Positions 11,691 through 23,547 of a DNA stretch of 64,000 nucleotides are shown piece after piece. Location of the stretch: contig QPGO01000054.1 of assembly GCA_008632985.1 (NCBI GenBank), forward strand, positions 124,001-188,000, given 5' to 3'. This stretch comes from Psammoneis japonica (taxonomy: Eukaryota). The notes beneath the pieces were generated by a model, which was not told where the DNA came from, made no database searches, and was given only the letters and a program-made list of their open reading frames with translations. Position 1 is the stretch's first letter; each line of letters starts with the position of its first letter. The position numbers and the translations under genes are program-made.

Positions 11691-13544
11691 CACAAGAGAT
11701 GGACCACGTTTTCCCACTCATTCCCCCATTTTGCACAGTCATTGACAACACATTCTCTGTCTTGGCACTTTGAGAAGATCTTTTTCAATGGCAGCCTGGC
11801 CGCATGTGTTTTGCAGTTGTGTGCACATCCTCATGTGCAGTGCCGCTGACGGTGAATGGGGGTGTGCCATGTTGCTTCCACATGCCTGCACAGGTCTCCA
11901 AATGTCTCCATGCTGCAGCCAACATGAATGGTTTCTTCTTCGACCACAAGATTCAACAGCACAAATTTCAGCGCACCTTCACAAACCATTGTCCTGTCTC
12001 TTTCTTTGCTGCATTGACTGGCTGTGACAAGTTCAGGCCATTGTTGCAGATGTTTTGAACTCTGTTCAGCTTTGCAAGAACAAGGCTGAGCTCAAAAAGC
12101 TGGGCAACCCACCACCCTTCAATTGGTCACTTTGGCACAAGGAGCATTCAAAGATTTTGGTTGACAGTTGGGTTGCCTGCATTTCAAAGGTGAGGACTGC
12201 ATGATGCAGGGCTTGTGCATCTCTTGTGGCCAATGTTGTGTGGGTCATCATGACATGAACAACTGCAGCTGGTGATGACACAGGATGATGTTTGCCGGCT
12301 GTTTTTTTGTCTTGGATGTGTTTGGTGAGATTTGGTCCTTTAAGTTGGGCTGGTGTGCAACAGCCCGGAAGGCCGTTGGTCTTTGCTGCAACAACAAATT
12401 TGACACACAGCCAATGCTGACATGGGTGCACCACAATTGTGCTCAACTTGGCTGAGTGCTGCAAGATGTGGTGGACCTTGAACATGACAGTCCCTCCCAT
12501 CCTGATGTCATGCTCTCTGCCAACACGCTCAAGCATTTGTCACTGGATGATTGTCATTCTTGGAATGATGCGTTGCCAGGTGGTGACTGGGCCACTGGTC
12601 CACCCGCAGCACACAGGGACTGTTTGAAAATGCCCGCTTGTCCTGTGAGTTTGGTTTGCTGTGGACCTGCTTGAGGGGCACAGTGAACAGCACTTTTTTG
12701 CCATCTTTGTGTCAATTGAAGTTACAAATGCAGGCATCTCCACAACTTCTTTGCCGCAGGTTAACTCAACAACAATTTAATCTGCGTTTCTTTTTGAATT
12801 GTTGGAAATGGTGATTGTTGCTGTTGTTGGCAACATTGCTGAAGTTGGCAAAGTCGTCATTTCCATTTGGAGCACTCTCAGTGTAGTGTCACCAACCTCA
12901 ACATGAAGCACAAGAACTTGCAGTCGACAGCGACGCTAAAGGATGGCTCTGTCATGTTGGCAGAAGACACCGCATTCTCCGAAAAGACCGACACTGTTGT
13001 TGCTTAAGTCGATTGTTGAGATGACATCATTTGTGTTCATGCAAAAGTGAATTTTGGCTTTGCCACACTGAATTTCCGTTTCATTTGATGCAGTTGAGTT
13101 AGCCTTGCAATGGTCTAAGATTCAAAATGTGTTCTCGATCTTTGTCTTTGGTCGCATCGCCATTTTCAACCTTGGCATTTGCCAATGAATCACACATGGA
13201 ATGGATTCCTTCCCAGCCTTTTTCCACACAAAGGAGAGTTGTTAGCCTTTTTCGTTGCTTGGGAGGCATTGCCACAATCACCTTGCACGTTTCATCACCA
13301 AGTTGGAAAGCCGTGTGTTTCAAAGATGCACCACACATGCGCCCCATTTCAGGTTTTGTTGTTTGGGTCAGGGAAACTGCAGCACCTCTGCTCCAGCCAG
13401 AGCACGTGCGCGTGAGGAGTTCACGTGCAACGTCACCTCTAGAGTGGCGCGGGGGAAGGGACAGATGCGGAGCAAGGGTGGAACTGTGCAACACAGGCAG
13501 GGAAAGGGATGGGGTTGGAGCCAGGGTCAGTGAGTTGGGACTTT

Positions 13545-14115
13545 AGTTTGGTGGAACAATGGGTGAGTTGGTCAGCAAGTGTGACTTGGTCATCATGAAG
13601 CTGAGGCTTTGGAGGCTCCATTGTGATGGAGTTGAAGTGTGATGGGTTGAGCCAAAAAGTGCGGAACATCTGTGTTTTTCCAGGTGGCAGTGGGGGGTGG
13701 GAGGATGGAAGATGGGGACTGCTGTGCATGGGTGCATGTGGAATGGGTGGCGGGATGTTGGTTGGAGGATTTGGGTGTTGCTGATTGGATCCAAAGAGCA
13801 GGCGGTGTGCAAAACAGCCGGGGGCACTGAAGTGGTCAATGGTGAAGGGGACAAGGTGGATTCCGGCATTGTTGAGGGCAGATGTTAGGGTGGCTTTGTG
13901 TTGGGTTTCATGTGTTTTGTTGAACTTCCGTTTGGTGCTCACATGGTGTGCCTTGGCAGAAGGGTTGAGAGCAGGGGCAGGCAAGCCAGGAGCAGGCAGC
14001 GGAGGAGGTTTGGGGACAGCGACGTTGATTGCAAGGCATCAGTGTCCAAGGGGGGAGGCAGCAGAAGTGGCTGGGCTGAGTTGGATGCCTGTGCCAGCTG
14101 GCTGCTTGAGAGGTG
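13545..14115 (-). mobile_element. non-LTR retrotransposon relic, C-terminal restriction-like endonuclease region (CRE/Ambal-like)
   Basis: QPAGTGIQL...LAINVAVP...SAKAHHVSTKRKF...GIHLVPFTIDHFSAPGCFAHRLL resembles the RPAD..AIDVT..K..LIPFTxDxxGxxG pattern of RLE-type LINEs. Confidence 0.55.
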
Positions 14116-14199
14116 AGTGAGGTTTGGATCGTAAATTTCCTCTTCTTGGCGCCTTGCTGTGTTCCTTTGTGAACAAATCGTGGAGAAGCTTGCGGGAAC

Positions 14200-14600
14200 T
14201 CATCTCTTGCCACTTCCAAAACAAAAAAAAAGCAGAAGAGGGCTGCAAAGAAGAAAGCATCAGCAGCAGAGACAGACAAAGATGAGATCAAGACTGCTGC
14301 AACAACAAAGAAAACTGAATCTTCGTCTTCCAGTCGAAAGAAGAAGACAACCAAACAGACAGAAAAAGCAAAAAGCAGTGAACAGTGAACACTTGGATGT
14401 CAAGCTGAGTCACAAGAGCCCCAATTACAGAATTCAATGTGAGCTCAAGGAATTCATCATGAATCCACCACCCAATCTCAAAGTCAAGGTTGGATCCAAC
14501 ATTTGCATTTGGATCGCAACACTGACCGGAGCCAAGAACATGACCATTTGTGAGGATGAAGTGTGCAAGCTTCACAGGTCCCTTGGTCCCCCCCTTGTTT
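14200..14600 (+). pseudogene. fragment of a ubiquitin-conjugating enzyme E2 (UBE2W/UBC16-like)
   Basis: SPNYRIQCELKEFIMNPPPNLKVKVGSNICIWIATLTGAKNMTICEDEVCKLH matches the E2 N-terminal pattern RIQRELxxFxxNPP..W..xG..xTxYxGxxYxL. The match is lost before the catalytic Cys. Confidence 0.75.
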
Positions 14601-14679
14601 GGATTTCCCAGTGCAAATGTTGCCAGACTTGTCTTCTGAACCAAGGCACAGCACGTTAACACCCGCGTTGCACTCCAAG

Positions 14680-17520
14680 AATGAGAGACATTTGTTGGAA
14701 CTGCTGCAAATGTGCGATGACATGTGCGCTCCTAAAAAACACTTCCAAGATGTGTTGGATTGGGCACACAATGAGCAAGACAACCAATTTGATTTCATGC
14801 ACTTTTCGGGCAACAAAGACACATTTGTAAATCAGCTGCAGGAAATGTTCTGCCTTCCTCCACCCACCACCATTCGCAACGCCCAAGAACATGTCGGCGG
14901 AATGCCACCACATCTTTGCTTAGTTGATGCAGCCATTTGGAATGTGGCATCCCAAATGCAGTGCCTGCTGTTGGCCAACCGAGAGTTGATGTTGCCCGAA
15001 AACGTCATTTGCAACAATTAATTTGTGGAATCCGTGCCAATGGTGCCATGCCAGCCCTCGTGCGATGGAGCTGCAGGATGGATTTGTGTTCCAGAGCACA
15101 GATGCATCTTTGCCAAGATGCCTCACTGGACTTCATCATTGGTGTCTTGTTGTGCATTGACAAGATGTGGGTGATGCAAAATGGGAGATTCACTTGCAAG
15201 CCGGTGGTTGGCACATTGTCTTGCCTCACACTTGAAGCCAGGAACCCACCCGAAGCCTGGTTTGCACTGGATTGCATGACTTCAATTAGACTTTCATCTT
15301 CGGAAGTCACACAATTGGGGAGCACCAGGGCAAAGGCCTTGACCAGTGTCCAGTGCAGGAACTGCCACACACAATTGGAGGCAATGCTCAGAAGCCTCCA
15401 TGTCACCCAATGGGGCACAAAAATGAAGGTCAGTTTGTGTGGCATTAAAGCCATTAAGAACGTAAAACTCCCCATTCCACTCTGCTGCTCTGACAGACTT
15501 GGATCTGATGCCTTGACACAATGATGCAAAGTGTGCGGAAGGAACCAAGCAAGCTGACTTCATTGGTTGGGCGTGTGACTGCCCAAGCAACCGCGCACAC
15601 AACCCCATCCACAAATGCCAATTTCTGACTCACGAAAAGTGGGAGCCCATTGTGTGTGCAGCATTGGGTCTAACCAACCACACAGAAGCACACTGAGATG
15701 AAGCAAAACAACCCCTGTCATCAATGTCGCTGTGTCTTTAGCATGACACCAACTGACCTGATGCACGCCTTTGATGAGGGTGTCATCAAGAAGGTGCTAG
15801 AGGTCTTCTGTGAAAGTCTTGGCAACAGCAGAAGGGCTGACCTCAACAGAATGATGCATCTTGTTGTCAACCAAAATCACAAATGGAATTGTCCGGTTGC
15901 CCAAAAGCGGAGTTTACGACAGGTGTGACAAATCTCAGTTGCCCAAGGGCAACCGAGCATGTCGGTGTCCTGTTCTACATTGCCGTTGTCCTGAGAATGG
16001 GAATCAGGAAGAGACGATTCACCAATGTTCTCAACAAACTTCATGGCAAATTGTGCAAGAAGGCCAAAGACTTGAAAGAGTCATCTCCAGAGGAACATCA
16101 AACACTCAAAGCAACTTAGATGGATTGTGATGACAAAGACCGTCTTGCCACAAACAACTGGGCACAACTGATGGAAATGCTTCTGTGCTTCCATGCCTGG
16201 ACAAAGAGGAAGGATGGCTTCTGGAATGCAAACGATGCAACGGACAAGGAAATTTGCAAGGAGAGGGCAGCGGAGTCAATTTCCATCATGCTCAAAGGCA
16301 TTCTTGGAATGGCCCCACGAATTAAAGTCAGCAAAAAAAGTGGCAAGTTGAAGATGAAGGGAAGTGGATGGGACCTCCCAAAAATTGAATGTCCGAAGCA
16401 CTTGCCAAAAAACACATCCAGGTGTGGATTGCCAGATGGCTGCAGAGCTGATTGGATGGAAAGCAACCACAAGAACTTTGTGAAGGACCCGGGCTCACAA
16501 GCCCAGAAGCGACACTTGTCTTTTGCAATCCAAATGGCCAAGAACCTGCAAGGAAAGATGCCAGCCTTGACCGCCCGGTCCACTTGCGGTCTCTGCCCAA
16601 ACGAGTTAAAGTCGAAAAGCATGGAGAAAGGGAATGATGCCAAGTTCCAGGCAGTCTTCCAGGGTCCCGTGCGAGCAGTTTCAGTCGAATTTCGTGTGGG
16701 AACAACGGAGCAAGCTGAAACCTGGGCCCACGCAACCCAGGAATGGTTCTCAAAAACTGAAGGACTGGAGCTTCCTCCATCGGCAACAAAACATTTGTGC
16801 CGCGCTGTTGGGAGGTGATGCCCGGCTGCCACATGCGTGATGGGGTCCACAGAAGCCCACATGGATGGCATCGGGATGGTCAAGGCACACCCAAGGTGCC
16901 ATTCTGGAAAACCAGTTTACAACTGGGTAAAATTTGCTCAGAAATGCTGAGGGAGGGAGAGTCTTGTTTCAGGGATGGCAGTGTGTTTTTGAATTGCATT
17001 GGCAATGGGGAACTTAAAGATCCACTTGCATTGGTGCAACAATGCAGCCGCCATCTGCAGAGAGACAGCAACCAATTCAAGTCAACCATTTTGGAGTGAC
17101 ACACAAAATCATGCTTGTCAGTTGGTGAGCCGATGTTTGATCTTGTCCTGGTTTCATCAATGCAACAGAAGGCACTGGTGTTAAAGGACAACCCTTCTTT
17201 GAAAGAAGAAGAACCAAGATGGAACGTGAAAACCCAAGAACAAATGGGAAACCCTCATTGCAAATTGTTGGCACAGGATCCACTGAATCTGTACAAGGGG
17301 GTGAAGCTGAGGGTTGCACACTTGGAAACCGCAAGATGACAGCACTGTAGAAAGACAAGCAATGCCTCAAGACTGGGCATGTGAACTTCACAAATGCTCT
17401 GAATGGATGGAACTGTTCACAGATGCTCATGTGCTGACTGGCACTCAATTTCACCCAGCGAATGATGAGAGTGCAACATTCCAGGAACAATTCACGCAAA
17501 TGTTCTGGATTGATTTTTAA
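14680..17520 (+). mobile_element. decayed Plavaka-type (CACTA/EnSpm-related) transposase
   Basis: Ordered motifs LLCIDK..GRFTCKPVVGTLS..EAR..AWFAL, RNCHTQL, TPTDLMHAFDEGVIKKVL, FTTGVTNLS..ATEHVGVLF, CFHAW, GWDLPK and HKNFVKDPGSQAQKR, split by frameshifts and stops. Confidence 0.75.
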
Positions 17521-18504
17521 AAATAGATTTCCAAGTGGACCAAAGACGCAGTTCGTCTTCTGCCTCACGAAAGCAACAGAGCAACCACCTGTTTTGCCTC
17601 CCGAGTGCCGGCATGGTGTGGGGACAGACAGGCCTGCCCTCCCTCCTTGGATTTGTCAGTTTCTCACAGAATTTGTTGTTAAGTTGCCAACGTGACCAGG
17701 ACCCTGCACTTCCAACAAATGTTTCTTTTTCACATCAACAATGGAAGTGCACTTTCCACTGAATGGAGTGGACTGCTGAAGGCTGCCTTTAACATGGACG
17801 ACCACTCCCAAGCTTCCATTGTTGGTGGAAGTGACTTCAATGAAGCAGCCCTTGGCTGCGCAAACAGGTTTTGACCAAGTCGAGCCATGTCATGCCAGTG
17901 ATTGTCGGAGGTGGTGCAATTGATGTGTTGACCCTTGCAGATTTGGTTTTCCCCTCCACGGCAACCAACTTCTTTGCCAGAGTGCGAGTTGTGAATGCCG
18001 CACAAATGTTTTTCATCACTTCATCCACTGCTCTGTTGCTGACAAATCTCGTGGAAGCATTGGCAAAATCCAGTCTTTCATCGCCTTTGTTTTCTTGTCA
18101 ATGTCTGCAAGACACACAAAACAGAAAGGGAGGCAGCCGACAGTTGTGATGAGTCCCATCATGTGGTTTGCACCCAGCTGTGCAAAGTTGGCGATGAGGG
18201 GAGTGATTGCCAACATGCTGTCTGGTGTGCTCTCCCATTTTGGCTCCGTGGGAATGTCCTGCATCATTGGTGTCATGACTGGCAAGAAGGACATCGCACA
18301 TGCAAAAACACTTGTTGTGCCAAACATCACATGGCGGTCAGATCATCTGGTGACACCAAGCATGCCATGAAGGTGGAAGACTCCCGTTCTTGCCTCCAAT
18401 CAAAACAAAGATCAACACCGTCGCAAGTGCCGCAGGAGGTGGCATCATGATGATCAACCATGCCTGGAATGGAACAGCCTCCAAAAGCTGCACCCCTGCA
18501 ACAG

Positions 18505-18780
18505 GCAGGGGGCATGGGATGAACCCTGGCATCACACTCTCTGGCTCGCAAGCCAAGAAAGTAAGATCCGGTGGCTGTGCCCCCAAAGTGAGGAGGGAGC
18601 TGGGGACACAAACTGACAAAATCAGTGCAGGGAGCATCCACTGACATTGCTGCACCCCCAATTGGAGTGAGGGCCATGGGATGAACCCTGGCAGTGACAT
18701 CAGATGAGCCGCCAAACAAAACAGGACGTCCGGCTGTGCACCCCCAACAACAATGGGGGCCATGGGATGAACCCTGGCAG
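18505..18780. repeat. three degenerate copies of GGG(C)CATGGGATGAACCCTGGCA
   Basis: The motif occurs at ~18509, ~18671 and ~18758. Confidence 0.8.
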
Positions 18781-19499
18781 CACATCGGACATCTCTGGTG
18801 CCATCCAAGCAAGGTGGCATTGCATAAATCCGAGTGGACAAAGATGGTTCTTGACTCAGCAGTTTCACTTCCCAGTCCTGGGCGGCACTGTTGTGAAGCT
18901 TCTTTGACAGTTGAGAGTGTCAGGTGCCCCTCCTTGCCTTTGAGGAGCCTGGTTGGGATGAATGGTGACCCATGGCACCAGTGAGGATGTGTTGTTTGCA
19001 TGGCAAAATGAAACTGGATGGCAACAATGTGGGCACGGTGCAAAAAATTGTGAATGAAAATTTTGGGGCAGGGATGTAGGAGAGCCAACAAAAATTTGGG
19101 AGCAAACAAACATGCAGAGTGAACAGGACATTGACACAATTAAAGGCTGAAGGTTGAAATTTTTGCGTTCGTTAGAAAACAGCTTCACTGTGGGAAAGAC
19201 AGAGGTGATGGATTGCGCAAAAAATTAGAGCATCAGTTAAAAAGAGAAGAAGAATTTTGCATGGGAAGTCCATGTAGAAAACACACACGAAGGAAGCCCT
19301 CTGGGAAACATTGAGTGATGCAGTCTGCTTTGAGTGGGCAAGACAAATTAAATCAAGCAAACATCAATTAAATTTGTCTGGGTGCTGGGGTCAGGTGGGC
19401 GCCGCTGGAATCATGAGGGGTGGTGTGAAATCAATGAAGACTGTTTAAATTAAATGAACTTCACCCCTCATTTGAGGAACCAAAACCCAACGGAACAAT

Positions 19500-21140
19500 T
19501 TGACCCCCTCATTGAACTGGCCTCTGATGTGCACACAGTCAAGACACAATTGAAAAGCCAGCCAAGGTTGATGGTGTCACAAAACATGTGAGGGGCAAAC
19601 AAGAGCTCCTGATTGTGAGGACATGTGACAAAAAAACAAAGCTCTGTCTGGCATCAGTGTGCTTGACAATGAAAACCCTGAGTGCATGACAGCTGGCTGT
19701 GGTTGATTGTGGCCAGCATGTGGAAATGTGTCTCAGAAGTGCTGGGCACAATGTCAAAGTCATTGAAGTGCCATCTTTGCAGCCAACTTTGCTGGCCCTT
19801 GGTGGTTTGCAATGGCAGACTCTGCTCTTTTCATTTGCTGCTGGGATTGTTGACACACCATCTTGTGTTGGCTGCAAGTTTTTGGATGACAACTTGGTTG
19901 GCAAACAAGTTGTTGTCACAATGACCAATCTTGTGCTTGCTTCGACAGCAGCTTCCTTTGCTCCCACACACTCCAAGCACCCATGGTGTCTCCACCTGCA
20001 AGAATCTTCTTTGCTCTTTGGTTCTCCTGCAAACAATGCCAACAGGCTGTCACTTGTGGACAGTGACACAGTGGCCCAACAAGCATCCTTGGAATGTTTT
20101 GCATTTTGGTGTGCTGGCAGTGCGCCCACAGCACAGCCCATCATTGCCACCTCTTTCCAACTCCAAATGTTTCCTTCCCAGCAGCAGCACATCTTTCTCT
20201 AAAGAGTCAAGTTGATGTCACAACAGGCCTTGCAAAAGAAGCCATGGCTGGTCTCCAACAGCAGCACACTGCATGACCAGAGACAGCACAGCTGTTTTTC
20301 TCCTGAGTTGGAGCTGTGCTGCTGCACCCTCTGTTGATGGCACAAATGGCAGGCTCAACATTTGGATTTGGAATGTTCTTACATTGGCTTTCATGCTGCC
20401 AAGATTTGTGTCATTTCAACAGCCACACTGTGTGTGTGTGTGCCAGGGGGGTGGGGGGAATGCTTGCCTTGAAGGAGGGGGTGCTTGCCACTTGCCATGC
20501 ACATCATCATCCAGAAGAACAGTTCTGGCAGGACCTGGGCCATCTTGGACAAGTCTCCCAGACCAGAGCAAACTTTGACAATGTGCCCAACCCTTGCATT
20601 TGGGTGGATGCATGAAGTCAAGCATGTCAGCACCAACTCCCCCCCCCCCAGCACTCATCATTTCTCATGCCCGCCATGTTGCTGCCGAGAATGCTGGCAT
20701 CACAAAAAGCCTTTTTTGTTTGAGTTTTGGCTTTTTTCACCTCCTGCCACTTCCAAGATTGCTCCATTTGCCAAAGTGTTGCTGGGCTCTTCAAGAGCAG
20801 ATCACTCTCATTGTTCTTCGCAAGTGACAGGCAACATCATGTCACAAAATGTTGGGCCAGTTGCAAGCTGCAGGAGCGCACAGCCCGAGGTGCGTGTGCA
20901 CCTCCAAAAGAGCACTCTCACTGAAATGACATGCCCTCTCCCTGTCATTTTACACAGTGTCAGGAGAGACACTCTCTGTCTGGGTGCTGCACTCCAGAGC
21001 TGCAAATCAGGTCCAACAATCCCCTGTGTGCCAGTTGCTGCCTCCTCAGCACAGCGTTGTGTGTTTGTCCCAACATGCCCCACACGTTCTTCTGCCTCAT
21101 CTGCTGCCAATCGAGAGGCAGCACTGTCACTGTGACATGC
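19500..21140. repeat. dispersed repeat, copy B (uninterrupted)
   Basis: Contiguously homologous to 2900-3440 plus 6877-7700. Confidence 0.8.
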
Positions 21141-21471
21141 CATCTTAGTGCATCGCAACCAAGTCGGTGGCAGGGATTCTTCGATTCCAACATTGCTCGC
21201 ATTGTCTCCAAGTTTCGTTTTATGCACCTCTTCTGCAAGGCACCGAAAGCATGTCAGTCGAGCTTGGCATGCAGGCTCCTCGTACAGGACACGTAGAATT
21301 GAACACAACGTCAATTCGATGTGGAGTTTGAAATTTTGGCGCATTTTGTTGGTGTCACGACGGCCTGCAACTAAAACAGATGTTGTTTCAGATTTTTGGA
21401 TGAGAAGGCTTGATTGAGGTTGTTGAATGTCACCCTGGCTCTGGACGTGGTCGCTTTGAAAGTTAACAAGC

Positions 21472-22758
21472 ATGTACAGTGGAGCCAAAAGAGGAGATAA
21501 GGAGATGCGCACGTCAAGGACGCCACGGTGGTTTGTACCCGCGATGGTTTCTCTTGTCGTCACCGCCGTGGCGAGACTTTACTCGAACGAACTGAGTATT
21601 GTAGAACGTAGTACGAATGGTCTCCCCCTTGACGACGGACTCTTTTATGATCTTCAGAGCCGCAATCCGAACCAACTTACCGTGAGAGCTGCATGTGACC
21701 TTGTCGATGACGAGGAATTAGCCGCGCAACAAAAAGATTCAGGTAGCACAGCTCTCTACGAGGATTGTATGAACGCCCTCAAGGATACATACCGGCTAGA
21801 TCGAGCAAGTCATGGCTCGTGCAAATCCCCAGATGCCTTGTTTCACGCATTTTGGGCATCTAAAGAACCGCTTCCTGATGACGTCAAACTTGGTATGTTG
21901 TCGACTGTTTACTCGCAGCAGAAATGCGCCAAACTTCAAGTCTGGACGACAAGCGATGAATCTCGGATAATTCTTAGGGATGCACTGGCGCCCTATGGAT
22001 CTGACGAGTACTTCTCGGTCGAAATTCTTAATCTGACCGACATTGTTGAAAAGATTCGAGCCAACTTTCCGTCGTTGAATGATGTTCTCCACGCCAAGCA
22101 AAATCTCATTTCAGACTTGGATTCGTCAGTTTCTTCCAGTGACGATTCCAACGATGGAAAAGAGAGGCAAAATCAACAAACGCGATATTCCGATATGCTT
22201 CGCGTGTTCCTGCTGGCAGCGCATGGAGGTGTTTATGTTGAAGTGGAGGATGTCCTGTTGCTACGGAATTTGAAGCCATTGCTGCAGCGTGATTTCTACT
22301 ACCGTTGGTCGACTCTACCCTTTGCCAACACGGCAGTGTTTCATTTACGTTATCAAAGTCCTAATGCGGAAAAGCTTGTAAGGTATGGCCTCGTTGCATC
22401 TGACACGGTTCGTCAGCTTTGCCACTCTTATCATCCAAAGGCCGTCTACGAAATCATAACAGAGCATGGCGGCGATGTTGAGTTGTTGCCATCTACGTAT
22501 ATGGATCCTCATTGGGTACTTGTTGATACGGACAATAATCTTGGCAAGAACATGACTTTCTTTTCAAGCGGATTGTACGATTGGTCGTATTTCTTCTCAA
22601 CCCATCCAGCGCCTACAACTTCCGTTGAGACTTTCTTCCCTGGAGTCTTTGCTTACCATTGGCATTCTCAAAACAGCAAAGCAATCGGTAAAAACAGCGT
22701 TGCAGATATCTTTCTAAAGAAATGGGAAGAGGTTCGTGAAACTGGCCGTTTTGCGTAA
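21472..22758 (+). CDS. type II membrane glycosyltransferase, GT32/alpha-1,4-glycosyltransferase-like
   Basis: 428 aa ORF with an N-terminal hydrophobic anchor, FHAFW, YSDMLRVFLLAAHGGVYVEVEDVLLLRNL, ANTAVF and FAYHWHSQ. The start may be at 21505. Confidence 0.8.
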   Translation: MYSGAKRGDKEMRTSRTPRWFVPAMVSLVVTAVARLYSNELSIVERSTNGLPLDDGLFYDLQSRNPNQLTVRAACDLVDDEELAAQQKDSGSTALYEDCMNALKDTYRLDRASHGSCKSPDALFHAFWASKEPLPDDVKLGMLSTVYSQQKCAKLQVWTTSDESRIILRDALAPYGSDEYFSVEILNLTDIVEKIRANFPSLNDVLHAKQNLISDLDSSVSSSDDSNDGKERQNQQTRYSDMLRVFLLAAHGGVYVEVEDVLLLRNLKPLLQRDFYYRWSTLPFANTAVFHLRYQSPNAEKLVRYGLVASDTVRQLCHSYHPKAVYEIITEHGGDVELLPSTYMDPHWVLVDTDNNLGKNMTFFSSGLYDWSYFFSTHPAPTTSVETFFPGVFAYHWHSQNSKAIGKNSVADIFLKKWEEVRETGRFA

Positions 22759-23125
22759 TGAGTTTGAGATTGTCTTTTGTTTTGGCCATGAGCCTGTCAT
22801 GAAACATTGTAGATGGAGATATGTAGCCTCTACTTACCTGTATGGTACTTAAAAACCCAGGGTTGATTCTACTAGCTAGTCTTCTCTCAAGTGTCGGTAT
22901 TTTCATTGGGAGAGTTTCTAAGTACCTGGACAAATAAGCAAGGTGGGCCGAGCCTAGCAGCCACTCGGATCGGCCTTCAACTTGAAACTAGTGATCTATC
23001 TACAGAGATCTCTACTCTAGAATGTACTAGCTCGGAGCGAAAGAGAGAGCTTGTCGGGTCAAGGACTTTTGGTGCGGGTCTAACTAACTATGCCTCTACC
23101 GGTAGGGCCTACTCTCTAGAGAGAG

Positions 23126-23150
23126 TAGAGTAGAGTAGAGTAGAGTAGAG
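23126..23150. repeat. (TAGAG)5 microsatellite within a TpA-rich island
   Basis: Directly visible. Confidence 0.95.
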
Positions 23151-23547
23151 TAGGGCCCTAAAATTTACTGTCACTGCACTGCCAGCCGAAACACACTTTT
23201 CGCAAATTGAAAATATGTTTTCTAATGACTCAATAACCTTTAGCAATGACCTTACGTAGCCCCTACAGAGATTCATAGTAGAAAAGCCTTTTTCAACGGT
23301 CGAATCGCGCACCTCAACGGACCATTTTTCAAAATTTGGTTTGAAAATAACCAAAACGAAAGCAAAAAATAGCAGGAACACGATCTTTGGCATTCTTCGA
23401 TTATAATCATGCACGAATATTTTGATATACCAGTACTGCAACTGTCGTAGGATCTTACGTAACCCGCATTGGGTTCCCGCTCCGCCGGTCAACGCGACCA
23501 CACAAAAACACATTCATTCGTGACGATTGCAAAAATAACAAAGCACC

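Larger units (their letters stand above)
1435..21145. mobile_element. hypermutated nested repeat/transposon block, depleted of CpG and TpA
   Basis: No intact gene. TG/CA-rich, with Cys/His/Trp-rich spurious ORFs in all six frames, plus recognisable transposon relics and internal duplications. Confidence 0.9.

Noticed and set aside
1435..21145. Hundreds of Cys/His/Trp/Gln-rich ORFs in all six frames (also at 41200-43740 and 59930-64000)
   Set aside because: Loss of TpA removes TAA and TAG stops and enriches TG/CA codons, so these are compositional artefacts, not genes.
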